A stretch of 50,532 nt of DNA from an uncultured archaeon. Its GTDB lineage: Archaea; Asgardarchaeota; Lokiarchaeia; Sigyniarchaeales; SOKP01. Shown here one piece after another: positions 18,557-29,818 of the stretch. How positions within the stretch are numbered: the stretch's first letter is position 1; every line of letters starts with the position of its first letter. Below the pieces are notes generated by a model that saw nothing but the letters and a program-made list of their open reading frames with translations, was not told the origin of the DNA and did not search any database. The position numbers were made by a program, and so were the translations under genes. Location: positions 1 through 50,532 of the forward strand of contig CAZGJX010000014.1 of assembly GCA_964525635.1 (NCBI GenBank), given 5' to 3'.

Positions 18557-20908
18557 TTATAATTGAATAAAACGGGCCAAGGCATTTTTAAATTTCTCTA
18601 CATCATCTGCTAATTTTTCAGCATCTTTATCGTTTATACTTTCATCTTTTTCATATTTATTTAATAAAGTTAGCCAATATTCAATTCTTCCTAAGATAGG
18701 ATTCTCATCACCCAACAATTTTCTAAGGCGCACAAAGGTATCATGAAGTTTATTTCGAATATTTAATGCTTTCCATCGGAGCATACAATAATCACTTATT
18801 TCTGCTAAATTTTGTGTTACTGCCATTACATCAATAGTCTTCTCACGTTCTTCTGATCTGATTTTTCTGATGATATTAATTTCCTCAAATAGAATTTCTA
18901 TGACCTTTGCTAAAAATCCTGTTAATTGACCTGGATTTGCAGTCCATACGCGTACCTCTAATGATTGACTTTTTTCTGATATAAACACTCGAGTTACTAT
19001 TCGCCCTCCAGTAACTTTTGCTTCAGCGCAAAACCATGCCTCAGCTTTATATCCTTCTTCTTTGATACTATCTTCATGTGAAGTTATCATACTTGTGTCA
19101 AAGTTTTTCAACGCTCTAATAGCGGCTCTATATGCTAGTCTAGGATCTAAATCTGCTATTAAAAAAGCTCGAGCATCATCTGGAAGGCTTTGAATTGCTA
19201 ATTGACAATCTTCAATATTTGATAAGGAAGTACAGACCAATGGACATTTTATTTGTACCTCCTTCTTTTTTATAGGAATTGAACTTTGTTCTCCCTGAGC
19301 ATTTTTATAAATAACAGTACCCCCTATATTTGAGATTCCACATTCTTTTGGCTCAATATAAAAATCAACTCCTCGAGAATTACCTGATTCAATAACAGGA
19401 ATATTTATAATGCCCTCCTTCATTTTATAGCTTGTTGGGGCATCCAAAACTACTTTAACATTATTAATCGCCAAATTACTCTTATTTCGAACAACAACTT
19501 TAAATCGAACCTGACCTCCAACAAAATCATATTCTCTTACTACTTCAATCTTATCCTCATCTTCGTGTTTTCTTATTTTTTGTGGAGCACTATATTGATC
19601 TGCTGTGGATACACTATATGCAACAAACAAGCGTTTAGCCATATCAATATATCCATCAATATCTCCTCTCCCAATTAATAGGGCAAGCATTTCCTCAATA
19701 CTGGATTCTGTGACACTTAATCTATTTGAAAGTTCCTTTAGTGGCATTGTTCTATATGCTTTAGCGAGCTCCTTAATTCTTCCCTGTAATGATTTCTCTG
19801 TTATAAACTCTCTTCTCTGAGTGAATATTCCCTTTATCTTTCCATTTTTGATTAAATCATGCAGACTTCTTCTAGCTAACTCAACAGCTATCTTTAGTTC
19901 ATTAGCTAACTTCATTAATTCAAATTTGCCATTTTTATCAGCATAATTCTTTATTTCTTTGTAAATTTGATTTGAAGTTATAACTTCATTTCCTTTATTT
20001 GCAAAGAAAGCAGAAATTTCCTTAGTTCTCATTAAATTAACACAAAAAGATTTCATTAAATCTTTTGGAATATTATATCTATTAGCCAAGTCTTTTAATG
20101 AAACTCTTCCTTTCTTATTTATTTCTTTTATGGTTGTAGTTATTATATAAGATTGAGTGTAATATATTTTCTTATCAAGTGTGAATGAACCTTTAATTTT
20201 ATAGTGACTTAATAATTTATATATTATTTTTAATACAATTTCAGAACTAATATCTAACATTAAAGCGAGATCCTCAATTTTTACAATTCCCTCATCATGA
20301 AATTTAGCTAATAATTTTTCTTTCAATTCAGGAGGGATATTATAAAACATATTATGATTTCTATCTATAATCCCATAAATCTGTTCCTCTTGAAGATATT
20401 TTGAAACTAATCTTAACATTTGATCTTCAGAAATATTGAATGAACTTGTAATTGTAGAGAAGTTGGTTATAGATGAATGCTTTAATAGATCTAAAAAGCA
20501 TTTAGGGCATACTTGCCTTCCTTCATAATATTTCAGTTTTTTTCCACATGGTTTAAAACCAGACACTAAACCATATCTATTAGCTTCCCTTGCAAGTTTT
20601 TCTTTAGAAGCAAAAAATAAACCCGGTGTTTTTAAATAGGAATTCCAAGAACATTTAGTACATTTTAAATAATACTGCCCCGAAGAAAGCCTATCTAATT
20701 GTAATAATGAGCTACATTCTGGACATTTACTTTCTTCTACAACAGTGCACCTATAATAGGTTTCTGTAGCATTTGCTTTTGAATATTTAATGAAATGTTT
20801 TCTACATTCCCATTGTTCCGTAGTTGCGATATGATTAATACAAAAACTAGAATTACACTTTTCACATGTAAAATCAATATTCTCACTTTCACAAAATAGA
20901 CATTTCAT
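18557..20908 (-). CDS. Zn-finger + tandem winged-helix (PCI/UFL1-like) + Ig-sandwich/platform appendage protein
   Basis: N-terminal CxxC/CxxH clusters, about 5 WH repeats (the last PCI-like: YRTMPLKELSNRL...LIGRGDIDGYID), then a beta-sandwich, an alpha/beta subdomain and a helical tail. Confidence 0.75.
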   Translation of the reverse strand: MKCLFCESENIDFTCEKCNSSFCINHIATTEQWECRKHFIKYSKANATETYYRCTVVEESKCPECSSLLQLDRLSSGQYYLKCTKCSWNSYLKTPGLFFASKEKLAREANRYGLVSGFKPCGKKLKYYEGRQVCPKCFLDLLKHSSITNFSTITSSFNISEDQMLRLVSKYLQEEQIYGIIDRNHNMFYNIPPELKEKLLAKFHDEGIVKIEDLALMLDISSEIVLKIIYKLLSHYKIKGSFTLDKKIYYTQSYIITTTIKEINKKGRVSLKDLANRYNIPKDLMKSFCVNLMRTKEISAFFANKGNEVITSNQIYKEIKNYADKNGKFELMKLANELKIAVELARRSLHDLIKNGKIKGIFTQRREFITEKSLQGRIKELAKAYRTMPLKELSNRLSVTESSIEEMLALLIGRGDIDGYIDMAKRLFVAYSVSTADQYSAPQKIRKHEDEDKIEVVREYDFVGGQVRFKVVVRNKSNLAINNVKVVLDAPTSYKMKEGIINIPVIESGNSRGVDFYIEPKECGISNIGGTVIYKNAQGEQSSIPIKKKEVQIKCPLVCTSLSNIEDCQLAIQSLPDDARAFLIADLDPRLAYRAAIRALKNFDTSMITSHEDSIKEEGYKAEAWFCAEAKVTGGRIVTRVFISEKSQSLEVRVWTANPGQLTGFLAKVIEILFEEINIIRKIRSEEREKTIDVMAVTQNLAEISDYCMLRWKALNIRNKLHDTFVRLRKLLGDENPILGRIEYWLTLLNKYEKDESINDKDAEKLADDVEKFKNALARFIQL

Positions 20909-21111
20909 AGTTAAATCTTATTCCTCTTTATTATTTTCATATCTTTAATTATTTAATTCTTGAATGTTTTAAAGAATTTTTTTTTTTCTAAATCTTTAAC
21001 TCTAAATTCTATAAAATAATTTAGATATAAATCTTTTTATGAGTCCAATTTTAAATATGTGTAAAATTTAGTTATTAGATGAAAAATAAAAACGTATAAT
21101 CAATTAATTCA

Positions 21112-21900
21112 TTAATTAAAAAGTAGTAGAGATAGTAATTCAATGGGTTCATCAGGCGGTCCCACTTTCTCTAATGAAATAAAAGTTATATTCAAAAGGC
21201 TTAAAATAATAATAATTAAATTAAAAAGTATAATCAATCCAGTCATTATATAAGTAATGTTACTTCTATCCCTTTCTTTTCTTTTTATTATTTGAGATCC
21301 TACTAATTTAGACAAAGCAAGTGGAAATAAACCAATAAAAGTTCCCATTGAAAAAAATAATACATATAAAAAACCACCAAGAAAACCTCGACGTAGTGAT
21401 TCTTGTACCGCTTGGGAATAAATAAAAAATTCGAAAATACAAGGAGCAAATCCTGCTAGTATTCCAAAAAATAAAGGTGTTTTTAATTTCATCCAATTAA
21501 ATTTGTTTGGTGATTGACCATTATTACGTTTTGCATGCGGGATATATCTTCCTCGCAAAACTAAAACTAAAAGAATTAAAGCGGCAGTAATTGATGATAA
21601 CGCTCCAAATAAATTAATGGTATTTATATCTGGATAATAATTAAAAAGTACCAATGGAATATTAGCAATTATAATTGATATTGTTGTTATAATAATATTT
21701 GCAATAATTAAACCTAAACCATAAAGAATTAAAATCAATATACTTCTTTTTGCGGTCTTGGATATCCCTAAAGACCAAAATAAAAAAATTGCTTTATCTT
21801 CACAAGGTAATGCTGTATGAAGTATCCCTAATAAGATAGCATATAATAAGACTCCCCAGAATAATGGATCATAAGAAATTTGAAGTATAATTGATATCAT
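21112..21900 (-). CDS. UreH/NiCoT/DsbD-like (LysE superfamily) membrane transporter
   Basis: LLGILHTALPCEDK (compare GxxHxxxPDH), GILAGFAPC, YVLFFSMGT; 6 TM helices. Confidence 0.65.
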   Translation of the reverse strand: MISIILQISYDPLFWGVLLYAILLGILHTALPCEDKAIFLFWSLGISKTAKRSILILILYGLGLIIANIIITTISIIIANIPLVLFNYYPDINTINLFGALSSITAALILLVLVLRGRYIPHAKRNNGQSPNKFNWMKLKTPLFFGILAGFAPCIFEFFIYSQAVQESLRRGFLGGFLYVLFFSMGTFIGLFPLALSKLVGSQIIKRKERDRSNITYIMTGLIILFNLIIIILSLLNITFISLEKVGPPDEPIELLSLLLFN

Positions 21901-21959
21901 ATGAGTTAATTCTAATGTAATTATCGCTTAATTCTATAATAATATTTTATGCTTTATTA

Positions 21960-22682
21960 TTATTTATAGTTAAAGTTTTTGATTATTAAGGTTGAGATTT
22001 TATTTTCATAAAATGCTTTTCCAATAATAACTCCATATACTCCCATTTTTTTTAATTCTTTTAAATCATCTTCGTTTCTGATTCCCCCAGCAACATATAT
22101 AGGAATTGATACAGTTTTTACCATTCTTTTAATATTCTCGAAATCAGGACCAGTAAAAGCACCATCCGATTCAATCGCAGAAAATAAAATATATCTCGCA
22201 CCATATTCCGCAATTAGTTTGCCAAAATCGAATGGATTTTTATTTGTTTGTTGAGTCCATCCATGTGTTGATATTTTTCCATTTTTATAATCCAAAGCAA
22301 TAATAATATGCTCTGAACCAATCTCCGATGCTAATATTTTAATAATTTCTGGATTTTTTATTGCTAATGTCCCTATAATAATCCGATCTGCTCCTAATTG
22401 AATTAATTCTTTAAAAGCTTCTATGCTTCTAATACCTCCCCCTATTTGTACTTTAACTTTTTTTCTGGCGATTTTAATCATATTTTTTAATATTTCTTTA
22501 TTTATATTAGATCCCCATGCCCCATCTAAATCAACAAAATGCAGCCTCTCTGCTCCCTGCTCCATCCAAAATCTTAAAGCATCAATTGGATTTTCATAAT
22601 ATATCTTCTCGGTACCTTTTTTCCCTTTATATAATCGGACACATTTTCCATTACTAATATCAATTGCCGGTATTATATCCAT
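21960..22682 (-). CDS. hisA: ProFAR isomerase (histidine biosynthesis)
   Basis: IIPAIDISNGKCVRL, LHFVDLDGA, QIGGGIRS, DGAFTGPD, AGGIR, IIGKAFYE. Confidence 0.96.
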   Translation of the reverse strand: MDIIPAIDISNGKCVRLYKGKKGTEKIYYENPIDALRFWMEQGAERLHFVDLDGAWGSNINKEILKNMIKIARKKVKVQIGGGIRSIEAFKELIQLGADRIIIGTLAIKNPEIIKILASEIGSEHIIIALDYKNGKISTHGWTQQTNKNPFDFGKLIAEYGARYILFSAIESDGAFTGPDFENIKRMVKTVSIPIYVAGGIRNEDDLKELKKMGVYGVIIGKAFYENKISTLIIKNFNYK

Positions 22683-22683
22683 C

Positions 22684-23982
22684 TTAAACCCTTTCTTTCT
22701 TATTTAAGTCATATAAATTATTATTTCTATTTATTAAAAGATATCTATTAATTCCATAAAAGGAAAGAAATAGAAATATTGTTGGTATGAAATTAAAAGG
22801 AAATAATTCTTCAAATGAAAATAAAAACCACATCCCTATAAATATTAAGTCTACAAAACAAAAAAATAAATAACTTGGAATTAGATATCTATTTTTTATT
22901 TTTACTTCCTTATTAAGATCAAAAATGATAATGATAAGAATTGGTATTAGGATTAATAAATGATGATCCCAAGAGTCAAAATATACAAGCAACATTGTTA
23001 TAATTCCTAAACCATATCCATATATAATCAAATTATTCTTCTTTTTCTGAAATAGATAAGTTATGAAACTTATTCCGAAAATAATTATAAATATGACTGC
23101 TATAATCGTTAATTGATCAAATGGAAGATTCTGGAAATAAAATCCATTTATTATAAGTTTTGTCAAACTAAATGAATGATTTCTATCGACTGGTTCTGTT
23201 CCAGTAAAATTTGTACTAATAAATCCTTTCAATAAATCAGGAAAAACAATAAAGAATATTAAATTCAATAAGACGGGTAAAATAGCACCTAAAATTCTTA
23301 TAAAACTTTTCTTGACGTTAAACTCAATTCTTTTTTGTTTTAAATTGAAATTTAAAATGATTAAGAAAGGAATTATAAATATAGTAATTGGTTTTAAGTT
23401 TATTGTAAAACCAAGGATAATACTAGCAATAAACTGCCATATCATTCGGTCTTCTTTTAATAATATGAAGAGAGAAGCTAAGATTAATAAACAGATATAA
23501 AGGTTAATTTGTCCAAGTAAGTAGTTATATAGTTGAGGAACGGAAATTAAAAAAAAAGAGATAAATAAGATAGTCCTCTCATCATCTGTATTATCCTTCC
23601 CATTTTTTATTATGACAATAATCTTATATATAAATAAGCAGATTAGAATATTCACAATAAAATTTAATAATTGAGAAATTATAAATCCAAGTTCAAATCC
23701 CATTAAATAAAATGGAGCAAATATTGATGCAGATAAAGGAAAATATCTGAATTGCCAAATTAGGTCGGGATTATAGTTATAAAGATTATTGATATCATTT
23801 ATGAATTTTCCACCTGCTTCATAATAAACTATAAAATCATTATTTTCTTTAAAAATAGTTAATGTTAAGGTAATTGAAATAATTAAATAAATTAAATTAG
23901 TAAGAACCGTAATTTTGAAAAAGTTACTACTAAATAAATCTTTAAAATCATTGAAAAACCTACTTTTTTTTTTGTTATTCAT
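22684..23982 (-). CDS. GT-C glycosyltransferase family 87 (DUF2029-like)
   Basis: NDFIVYYEAG, FRYFPLSA, GQIN, NLKP, NHS and WDHH motifs; polytopic membrane protein. Confidence 0.85.
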   Translation of the reverse strand: MNNKKKSRFFNDFKDLFSSNFFKITVLTNLIYLIISITLTLTIFKENNDFIVYYEAGGKFINDINNLYNYNPDLIWQFRYFPLSASIFAPFYLMGFELGFIISQLLNFIVNILICLFIYKIIVIIKNGKDNTDDERTILFISFFLISVPQLYNYLLGQINLYICLLILASLFILLKEDRMIWQFIASIILGFTINLKPITIFIIPFLIILNFNLKQKRIEFNVKKSFIRILGAILPVLLNLIFFIVFPDLLKGFISTNFTGTEPVDRNHSFSLTKLIINGFYFQNLPFDQLTIIAVIFIIIFGISFITYLFQKKKNNLIIYGYGLGIITMLLVYFDSWDHHLLILIPILIIIIFDLNKEVKIKNRYLIPSYLFFCFVDLIFIGMWFLFSFEELFPFNFIPTIFLFLSFYGINRYLLINRNNNLYDLNKKERV

Positions 23983-24174
23983 AATGAGAACAATTTTGGT
24001 ATGCTTAAAATTTTAAATACTCCATTTTTTAAAATCATTCTCATGTCAATTTGGCTTGAAAATGAAATAAACCTTTTTTTAGAGATAATAAATAGAACAA
24101 AAAATAAATAGCTACATGTTTACTCTTTAAGTTTTTATTTTTTTTTTTTGTACTTTTAGTCTAAAAAAAAAGAA

Positions 24175-25644
24175 TTAAGCTGTTATTTTAGTTTTTTTCA
24201 GAGGTTTTCCTATTTTTTTCAAGTTTTTTTGTATTCCTTGCTCGAACTTATAAAAACCGATTGCTAACGTAAATGTAACTGCACAATTTATAAATACTGC
24301 AATCAATCTCATTATACTTATACCAATAGATGCCTCTAGACTTATTTGAGTAGATTGGATGTCCCATTCCGAAGTTATTCCATAGGGCTCTACAATTGGT
24401 AATATAAAAGCCTTGTAGAATGATTCATTTATCGATATACTGACATACTGATATATTGGAATACTTATGAAAAAATACACAATTTGAACTAAAAGTATAT
24501 GGTAAGTAAGTCTGCTATATTTTTCAAAGAATTTCGAGATAGATTTTGATATTGGCTTATCTTTATTAAGCTCAGAAGGTAGGACTTTCATAAATATGAG
24601 AAAAAGAAGAGCGGGCCAGAAATATGTAAATAAATTTGCTTTTTCCCACCATGGAAATGTTCTAAATATTTTTATTGCATATCCTGATGATCCAGCAGCA
24701 GGGTGTTTAAAGATATCTGCTAATATTGGATTATCTAGCAAACTTGGAAAAAAGAAATTACCCCAATAAACTAATATTAATATACATACAGCGGGTATTG
24801 CCATAATTATAACAAAAAAATTCTTTTTTGAAAATAAATCATGATTATTAACAAACCATATACCTAACCCAATTACCGACATGTATCTGAATATACTTCC
24901 ACAGAATAGGAAAGTGTGGTCATCGAAAAATTGTCCAACGGGGAGATCAGGACTCCCTGTAATTAATTGGAAACTTATCTCTATTATATAACAAGAAATT
25001 AATCCCAATATAGGATTCCTTTCAAACAACTTGTATATTAATGGAAATATTAATATGAATTGCATTAAAATAACAATATAGAATTCACCTGGACCAGGAA
25101 AATATGGTGTTCCTATAAGAATATAAATTATATTCACATATGTATATGTAGGCCTATAATTTCCAGTTCCAAAATCAAGATTGGTTTCACCCCAACTTAC
25201 TGGTTGTAATTGTGTACTGCTCCAACCATTTGCATGATATCCTGTAAGTGAGATAACCAGTAAATCTATTATAAAACAGATTAGATTAATCAATAGTAAA
25301 GGAAAAATTAGTCGCCAGAACATTCTCTTGAAGTAACTAAAACTATACATATCACTTAGTTTATGCAAATTCTTTTTTCTAAATGAATTTCCCATATTAA
25401 AGCCCAATATTACAAAAAATAATGGTACTGGTTGAAGTGCTTGCCATAATGCATCATATTTAGTATAAGTTGATAATGTATGAACACCTATGACGCATAT
25501 TATACAAATTGTCTTCATTACATCTATTTGAAAAAACCTTTTTCCAACCGAAGTTTTATTGGATAAGTTTTTATCATTGATTTCAGAAATAAAATATTTT
25601 ACTTCTTTTTCTTCTATTTTTACCTTATTTTCTTCTTCTGACAT
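24175..25644 (-). CDS. Acyltransferase family 3 (OafA-like) membrane O-acyltransferase
   Basis: RFFQIDVMKTICIICVIGVH, PVPLFFVILG, YFKRMFWRLIFP, FYIVILMQFILIFPLI, TYHILLVQ. Confidence 0.88.
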   Translation of the reverse strand: MSEEENKVKIEEKEVKYFISEINDKNLSNKTSVGKRFFQIDVMKTICIICVIGVHTLSTYTKYDALWQALQPVPLFFVILGFNMGNSFRKKNLHKLSDMYSFSYFKRMFWRLIFPLLLINLICFIIDLLVISLTGYHANGWSSTQLQPVSWGETNLDFGTGNYRPTYTYVNIIYILIGTPYFPGPGEFYIVILMQFILIFPLIYKLFERNPILGLISCYIIEISFQLITGSPDLPVGQFFDDHTFLFCGSIFRYMSVIGLGIWFVNNHDLFSKKNFFVIIMAIPAVCILILVYWGNFFFPSLLDNPILADIFKHPAAGSSGYAIKIFRTFPWWEKANLFTYFWPALLFLIFMKVLPSELNKDKPISKSISKFFEKYSRLTYHILLVQIVYFFISIPIYQYVSISINESFYKAFILPIVEPYGITSEWDIQSTQISLEASIGISIMRLIAVFINCAVTFTLAIGFYKFEQGIQKNLKKIGKPLKKTKITA

Positions 25645-25699
25645 TTTAATTTTATTCTAAAATTTATTTTTTTTATTGATATAATTTTAGTTATTTTAT

Positions 25700-27136
25700 T
25701 TAAATCTTCTTGACATTCGGTTTTCTAATATATTTTAGGTTCCTTTGAATACCAATGTCAACATTATAAAAGATTTTTGCTAAAGTAAACGTAACTGCAC
25801 AATTCAAAAAAATAACGAAAATTCTCGTCAATATTATAAGGATAGCAATATTAAAACTTACTACACTAAAATCTTCCCATGGTGCAGTTATACCATAAGG
25901 GTCTACAAAAGGTTGAATGAATACATCAAATAAGGAGCCATTTATCCCAATACTTACTCCATAAATAATTGGTATATTTATGAAAAAGTAAACTATTTGT
26001 ACTAACAAAATATGATATGTAAGTTTACTATATTTTTTGAAGAATCTTGAAATTGATTGGTGTCGTGGTTTATCTTTATTTAGCTCAGAGGGTAAAATCA
26101 TCATACACAAAAGGAAAATAAAAGCATCAAATGGATAGTTAATTAAATTTGCAATACCCCACCAAGGTTTTCTATAAAAATATTTTATATAAAAGAGACC
26201 TCCTTCAGATTCAAATAATAAATTAGGATACATCCAATCAGGAAGGATAGAATTTCCCCAGAAAATACCACAACCCATTAGAGAATATAGAGAAATAAAT
26301 AACAAAGGCCAAATAAACAAATTCTTTTTTGAAAATAAATTGCTATTATTGATAAAATATAATCCAAAACCAATAATAGAAAAATATCTAAATATATTAG
26401 CAGAATATAAATATGTATAATCATCAAATAACTCTCGAACTATGGGAACTTGACGTGTAAATAATTGAAAACTTAACTCAATTAAATAACAACAAATAAA
26501 TCCAAAAATAGGATTTATTTCAAAGAGCTTATATATTAATGGAAATAGTAAAATAAATTGTATTAAAATAACAACGTAATATGATCCTGGACCTGGAAAA
26601 TATGGATTTCCAAGGAGAAAATATATAACATTCATTGGTTCATAATCAACATTTGTTGCTCCCCAACTTACCTCAGTTTGTTGTTAGGTAGCCCAACAAT
26701 GTATATGATATCCTGTAAATGAGACAGAGATTAAATCAATAATAAAAGAAATAAGATTGATTAAAAGTAGTGGAAATATTAATCTCCAAAACATTCTTTT
26801 AAAATAAAGAAAAGAATACATATCACTTAATTTATACAAATTCCTTTTCTTAAACGAATTTCCATAATTAAATCCCATAATAATGAAGAATAAATTCACT
26901 GGATTAATTACTTGCCATATGAATTCAATTGGGAAAAATCGACCAAATGTATGAGTTTGTACTACTAATATAATACATACTGTCTTCAAAACATCTATCT
27001 GGAAAAATAGTTTCCCAACAGAAGATTTATCAGAAAAATTTGAGTTATTGATTTTTGGTGCAATATGATTAATCTCTTCTTCTTCTTCTTCTATTTCAAT
27101 TTCTTCAAAAGACATGTTATTTCTAATATATTTCAC
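25700..27136 (-). pseudogene. Second acyltransferase-3 paralogue, interrupted by one in-frame TAA (26684-26686)
   Basis: ORFs 26684-27136 and 25700-26635 are in the same frame. The 16 intervening codons read QQTEVSWGATNVDYEP, matching QLQPVSWGETNLDF in the intact paralogue. Confidence 0.88.
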
Positions 27137-27177
27137 TTTATAAATAGTTCTGGTAAAAAAAAGAAATCATAATGTAT

Positions 27178-27366
27178 TTAAAAATTTTTATTTTCCAACA
27201 TTATGTTAGGTACAACGCAAATAATACATATTGTTTTCATTACATCTACTTGAAAATAGTATTGTTTAGAACGATTTTCTTTTGAATTTTGGCTTTCATT
27301 TATTTCAGGAACAATTTGATCTATTGCTTTTTTCTCAGCATTTAGTTCATATTCTTCTAAAGACAT
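27178..27366 (-). pseudogene. Third acyltransferase-3 paralogue, N-terminal remnant
   Basis: EINE...YFQVDVMKTICIICVV is nearly identical to the intact copy, then homology stops abruptly. Confidence 0.82.
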
Positions 27367-27623
27367 AATAAACTCAATTATTTTTTATTATTTAAATAAG
27401 TCTTGTAACATATTGAAATGAAAATCTTTATTTAAACCTAATAATTTCAAAATAAATAAAAAGAGATAATTGTAATATTTTATTTTAAAGAATCTATTTA
27501 ATGATCTCTAAGTCAAAAAATTTAAAATTTTAGCTAGTTTATAAATAATATAGCAAAATAATTAAGTCGATGAATTTTATACAAAAACAAATTCATAATT
27601 TTAATAAAAAGTGTAATTGAAAG

Positions 27624-29618
27624 ATGAGTGAATCAGAAAAGAAAGCAACTAAAAAAGAAAGAATTATCGGTATAGATTTAGGAACATCTAATAGTGCTTG
27701 TGCGGTATTGAATGCTGTTGGAAAACCAGAGATCGTTCCTGCCGCTGAAGGAAGAACATTAGGTGGAAAGGCATTTCCTTCATATGTTGCGTTTGATGAA
27801 AATGGTCGTAAAGTGGTAGGAGAACCTGCACGAAGACAAGCACTCTCTAATCCAGAGGGCACCATAACAGCTATTAAACGTAAAATGGGTACTTCCTATA
27901 AAGCTAATGTTAAAGTTGGAAGTGAAAGAAAAGATTTTTCTCCAGAAGAAATATCTGCAATGATCTTAAAAAAGATAAAGAATGATGCTTCGAAATATCT
28001 TGGAGAGGAGGTTAAAAAAGCTGTTATAACGGTTCCTGCTTATTTCAATGATGCTCAAAGAACTTCGACGAAAAATGCAGGTGAAATTGCAGGATTAGAA
28101 GTTGTTCGTATGATAAATGAACCTACCGCAGCTTGCTTGGCATATGGATTAGACAGAGTTTCAAAAAAATTGTTAAAAATATGTGTTCTTGATTTAGGTG
28201 GAGGTACATTCGATGTTACAATTATGGAATATGGAGAGGGTGTTGTTGAAGTTTTATCTACGGCTGGTGATACGCAATTAGGTGGTACAGATATGGATAA
28301 TTTACTTATCAATTGGATTGCAGAAGAATTTCAGAAGAAAGAAGGTATCGATCTTAGAAATGATGAAAAATCTAAAGTTAGAATAAAAGATGCAGTAGAG
28401 AAAGCTAAAATTGAACTTTCAACTACATTATCTACAGAAATAAATTTACCTTATATTACTCAAAAAGATGGAAATCCTGTTCATTTAGAAATGCAGCTCA
28501 CAAGGGCTAAATTAGAATCTCTTATTGATCCCATATTAAGACGATTAGATCCGATTATGAGGCGTGCTGTAGAAGATAGCAAATTAAAAATCAATCAAGT
28601 TCATAAAATAATCTTAGTGGGGGGTCCAACTAGAATGCCATGTGTTCAAGATAGATTTAAAAATTTTTTTAATAAAGAACCTGAGCATTCTGTAGATCCT
28701 ATGGAATGTGTTGCTATTGGAGCAGCAATACAAGGTGGTGTTATTGCTGGAGATGTAGAAGATCTTCTTTTATTGGATGTCACACCTCTTTCTTTAGGTG
28801 TAGAGACGTTGGGGGGTGTTTTTACCAAATTAATTGAAAGAAATACAACAATACCGACGGAGAAGAAAGAAACATTCAGTACAGCAAGTGATAATCAACC
28901 AGCAGTAACTATTAATGTACTTCAAGGCGAGAGAGCTATGGCAAAAGATAATATTTCACTTGGTCAATTTCATTTAACTGGTATACCTCCTGCTCCAAGA
29001 GGAATGCCACAGATAGAGGTCAAATTTTCCATCGATGCAGATGGTATTGTGCATGTCACAGCAAAGGATTTGGGAACTGGGAAGGAAACAGGAATAACTG
29101 TAACCGGTACAAAAGGTTTATCTGAGGATGAAATACAACAAAAAATTAGAGATGCTGAGAAATTTGAGCAGGAAGACGTGAAAGTAAGAGAATTAGTTCA
29201 AGAGAGAAATAATGCTGAATCTATGATTTACCAAATCAAGAAATTAATGGATGATAATAAAGATAAAATACAAGATGATGAAAAGCAACAAATTGAAGCA
29301 GCGATAAAATCTTTAGAAGAAGATATTAAAGGTGAAGATGTCCAAAGAATGAAACTAGGGATAGAAAATCTTCAAAAAGCGATGCATGGATTCTCACAAA
29401 GAATTTATGGTCAACAAGCACAATCTCAAGCTTATCAACAAGCTGCTGAGCAGGCTCAGAGGGCCGCTCAGGGAACGGGTGATATACCGCCGGGAGGTAT
29501 GGGGGGAACTCCTGAAACGGGAGATAAAGGTGTTGGTGGAGCCTCTTATAAATCTAAGGAAGAAAAAGATGACGATAAGACGGTAGTAGATGTAGATTGG
29601 GATGATGAATCAGATTAA
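27624..29618 (+). CDS. dnaK: Hsp70 chaperone DnaK
   Basis: [47 protein letters not shown]. Lacks the ~23-aa N-terminal insert, as in the archaeal/Gram-positive type. Confidence 0.99.
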   Translation: MSESEKKATKKERIIGIDLGTSNSACAVLNAVGKPEIVPAAEGRTLGGKAFPSYVAFDENGRKVVGEPARRQALSNPEGTITAIKRKMGTSYKANVKVGSERKDFSPEEISAMILKKIKNDASKYLGEEVKKAVITVPAYFNDAQRTSTKNAGEIAGLEVVRMINEPTAACLAYGLDRVSKKLLKICVLDLGGGTFDVTIMEYGEGVVEVLSTAGDTQLGGTDMDNLLINWIAEEFQKKEGIDLRNDEKSKVRIKDAVEKAKIELSTTLSTEINLPYITQKDGNPVHLEMQLTRAKLESLIDPILRRLDPIMRRAVEDSKLKINQVHKIILVGGPTRMPCVQDRFKNFFNKEPEHSVDPMECVAIGAAIQGGVIAGDVEDLLLLDVTPLSLGVETLGGVFTKLIERNTTIPTEKKETFSTASDNQPAVTINVLQGERAMAKDNISLGQFHLTGIPPAPRGMPQIEVKFSIDADGIVHVTAKDLGTGKETGITVTGTKGLSEDEIQQKIRDAEKFEQEDVKVRELVQERNNAESMIYQIKKLMDDNKDKIQDDEKQQIEAAIKSLEEDIKGEDVQRMKLGIENLQKAMHGFSQRIYGQQAQSQAYQQAAEQAQRAAQGTGDIPPGGMGGTPETGDKGVGGASYKSKEEKDDDKTVVDVDWDDESD

Positions 29619-29818
29619 TTCTTTCCTCTAATTAATATAACCTCAAATTTGGAAAAATAATAGAGAGATCAGTCTATTATTTTTTATTAAATTGTATTTA
29701 TTTTTTCTTTTTTCTTTTTTTTGTAATTGAGAAATCAGCCAATCTAAAAAAATAAATTTAATTAATAATTTCTATAATCAGAAAGATAGATAATAACTAA
29801 TTAGTTGGGTTAAATAGC

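Noticed and set aside
26684-26686. In-frame stop as possible selenocysteine/pyrrolysine recoding
   Set aside because: The codon is TAA, not TGA or TAG, and it aligns with a non-catalytic loop.
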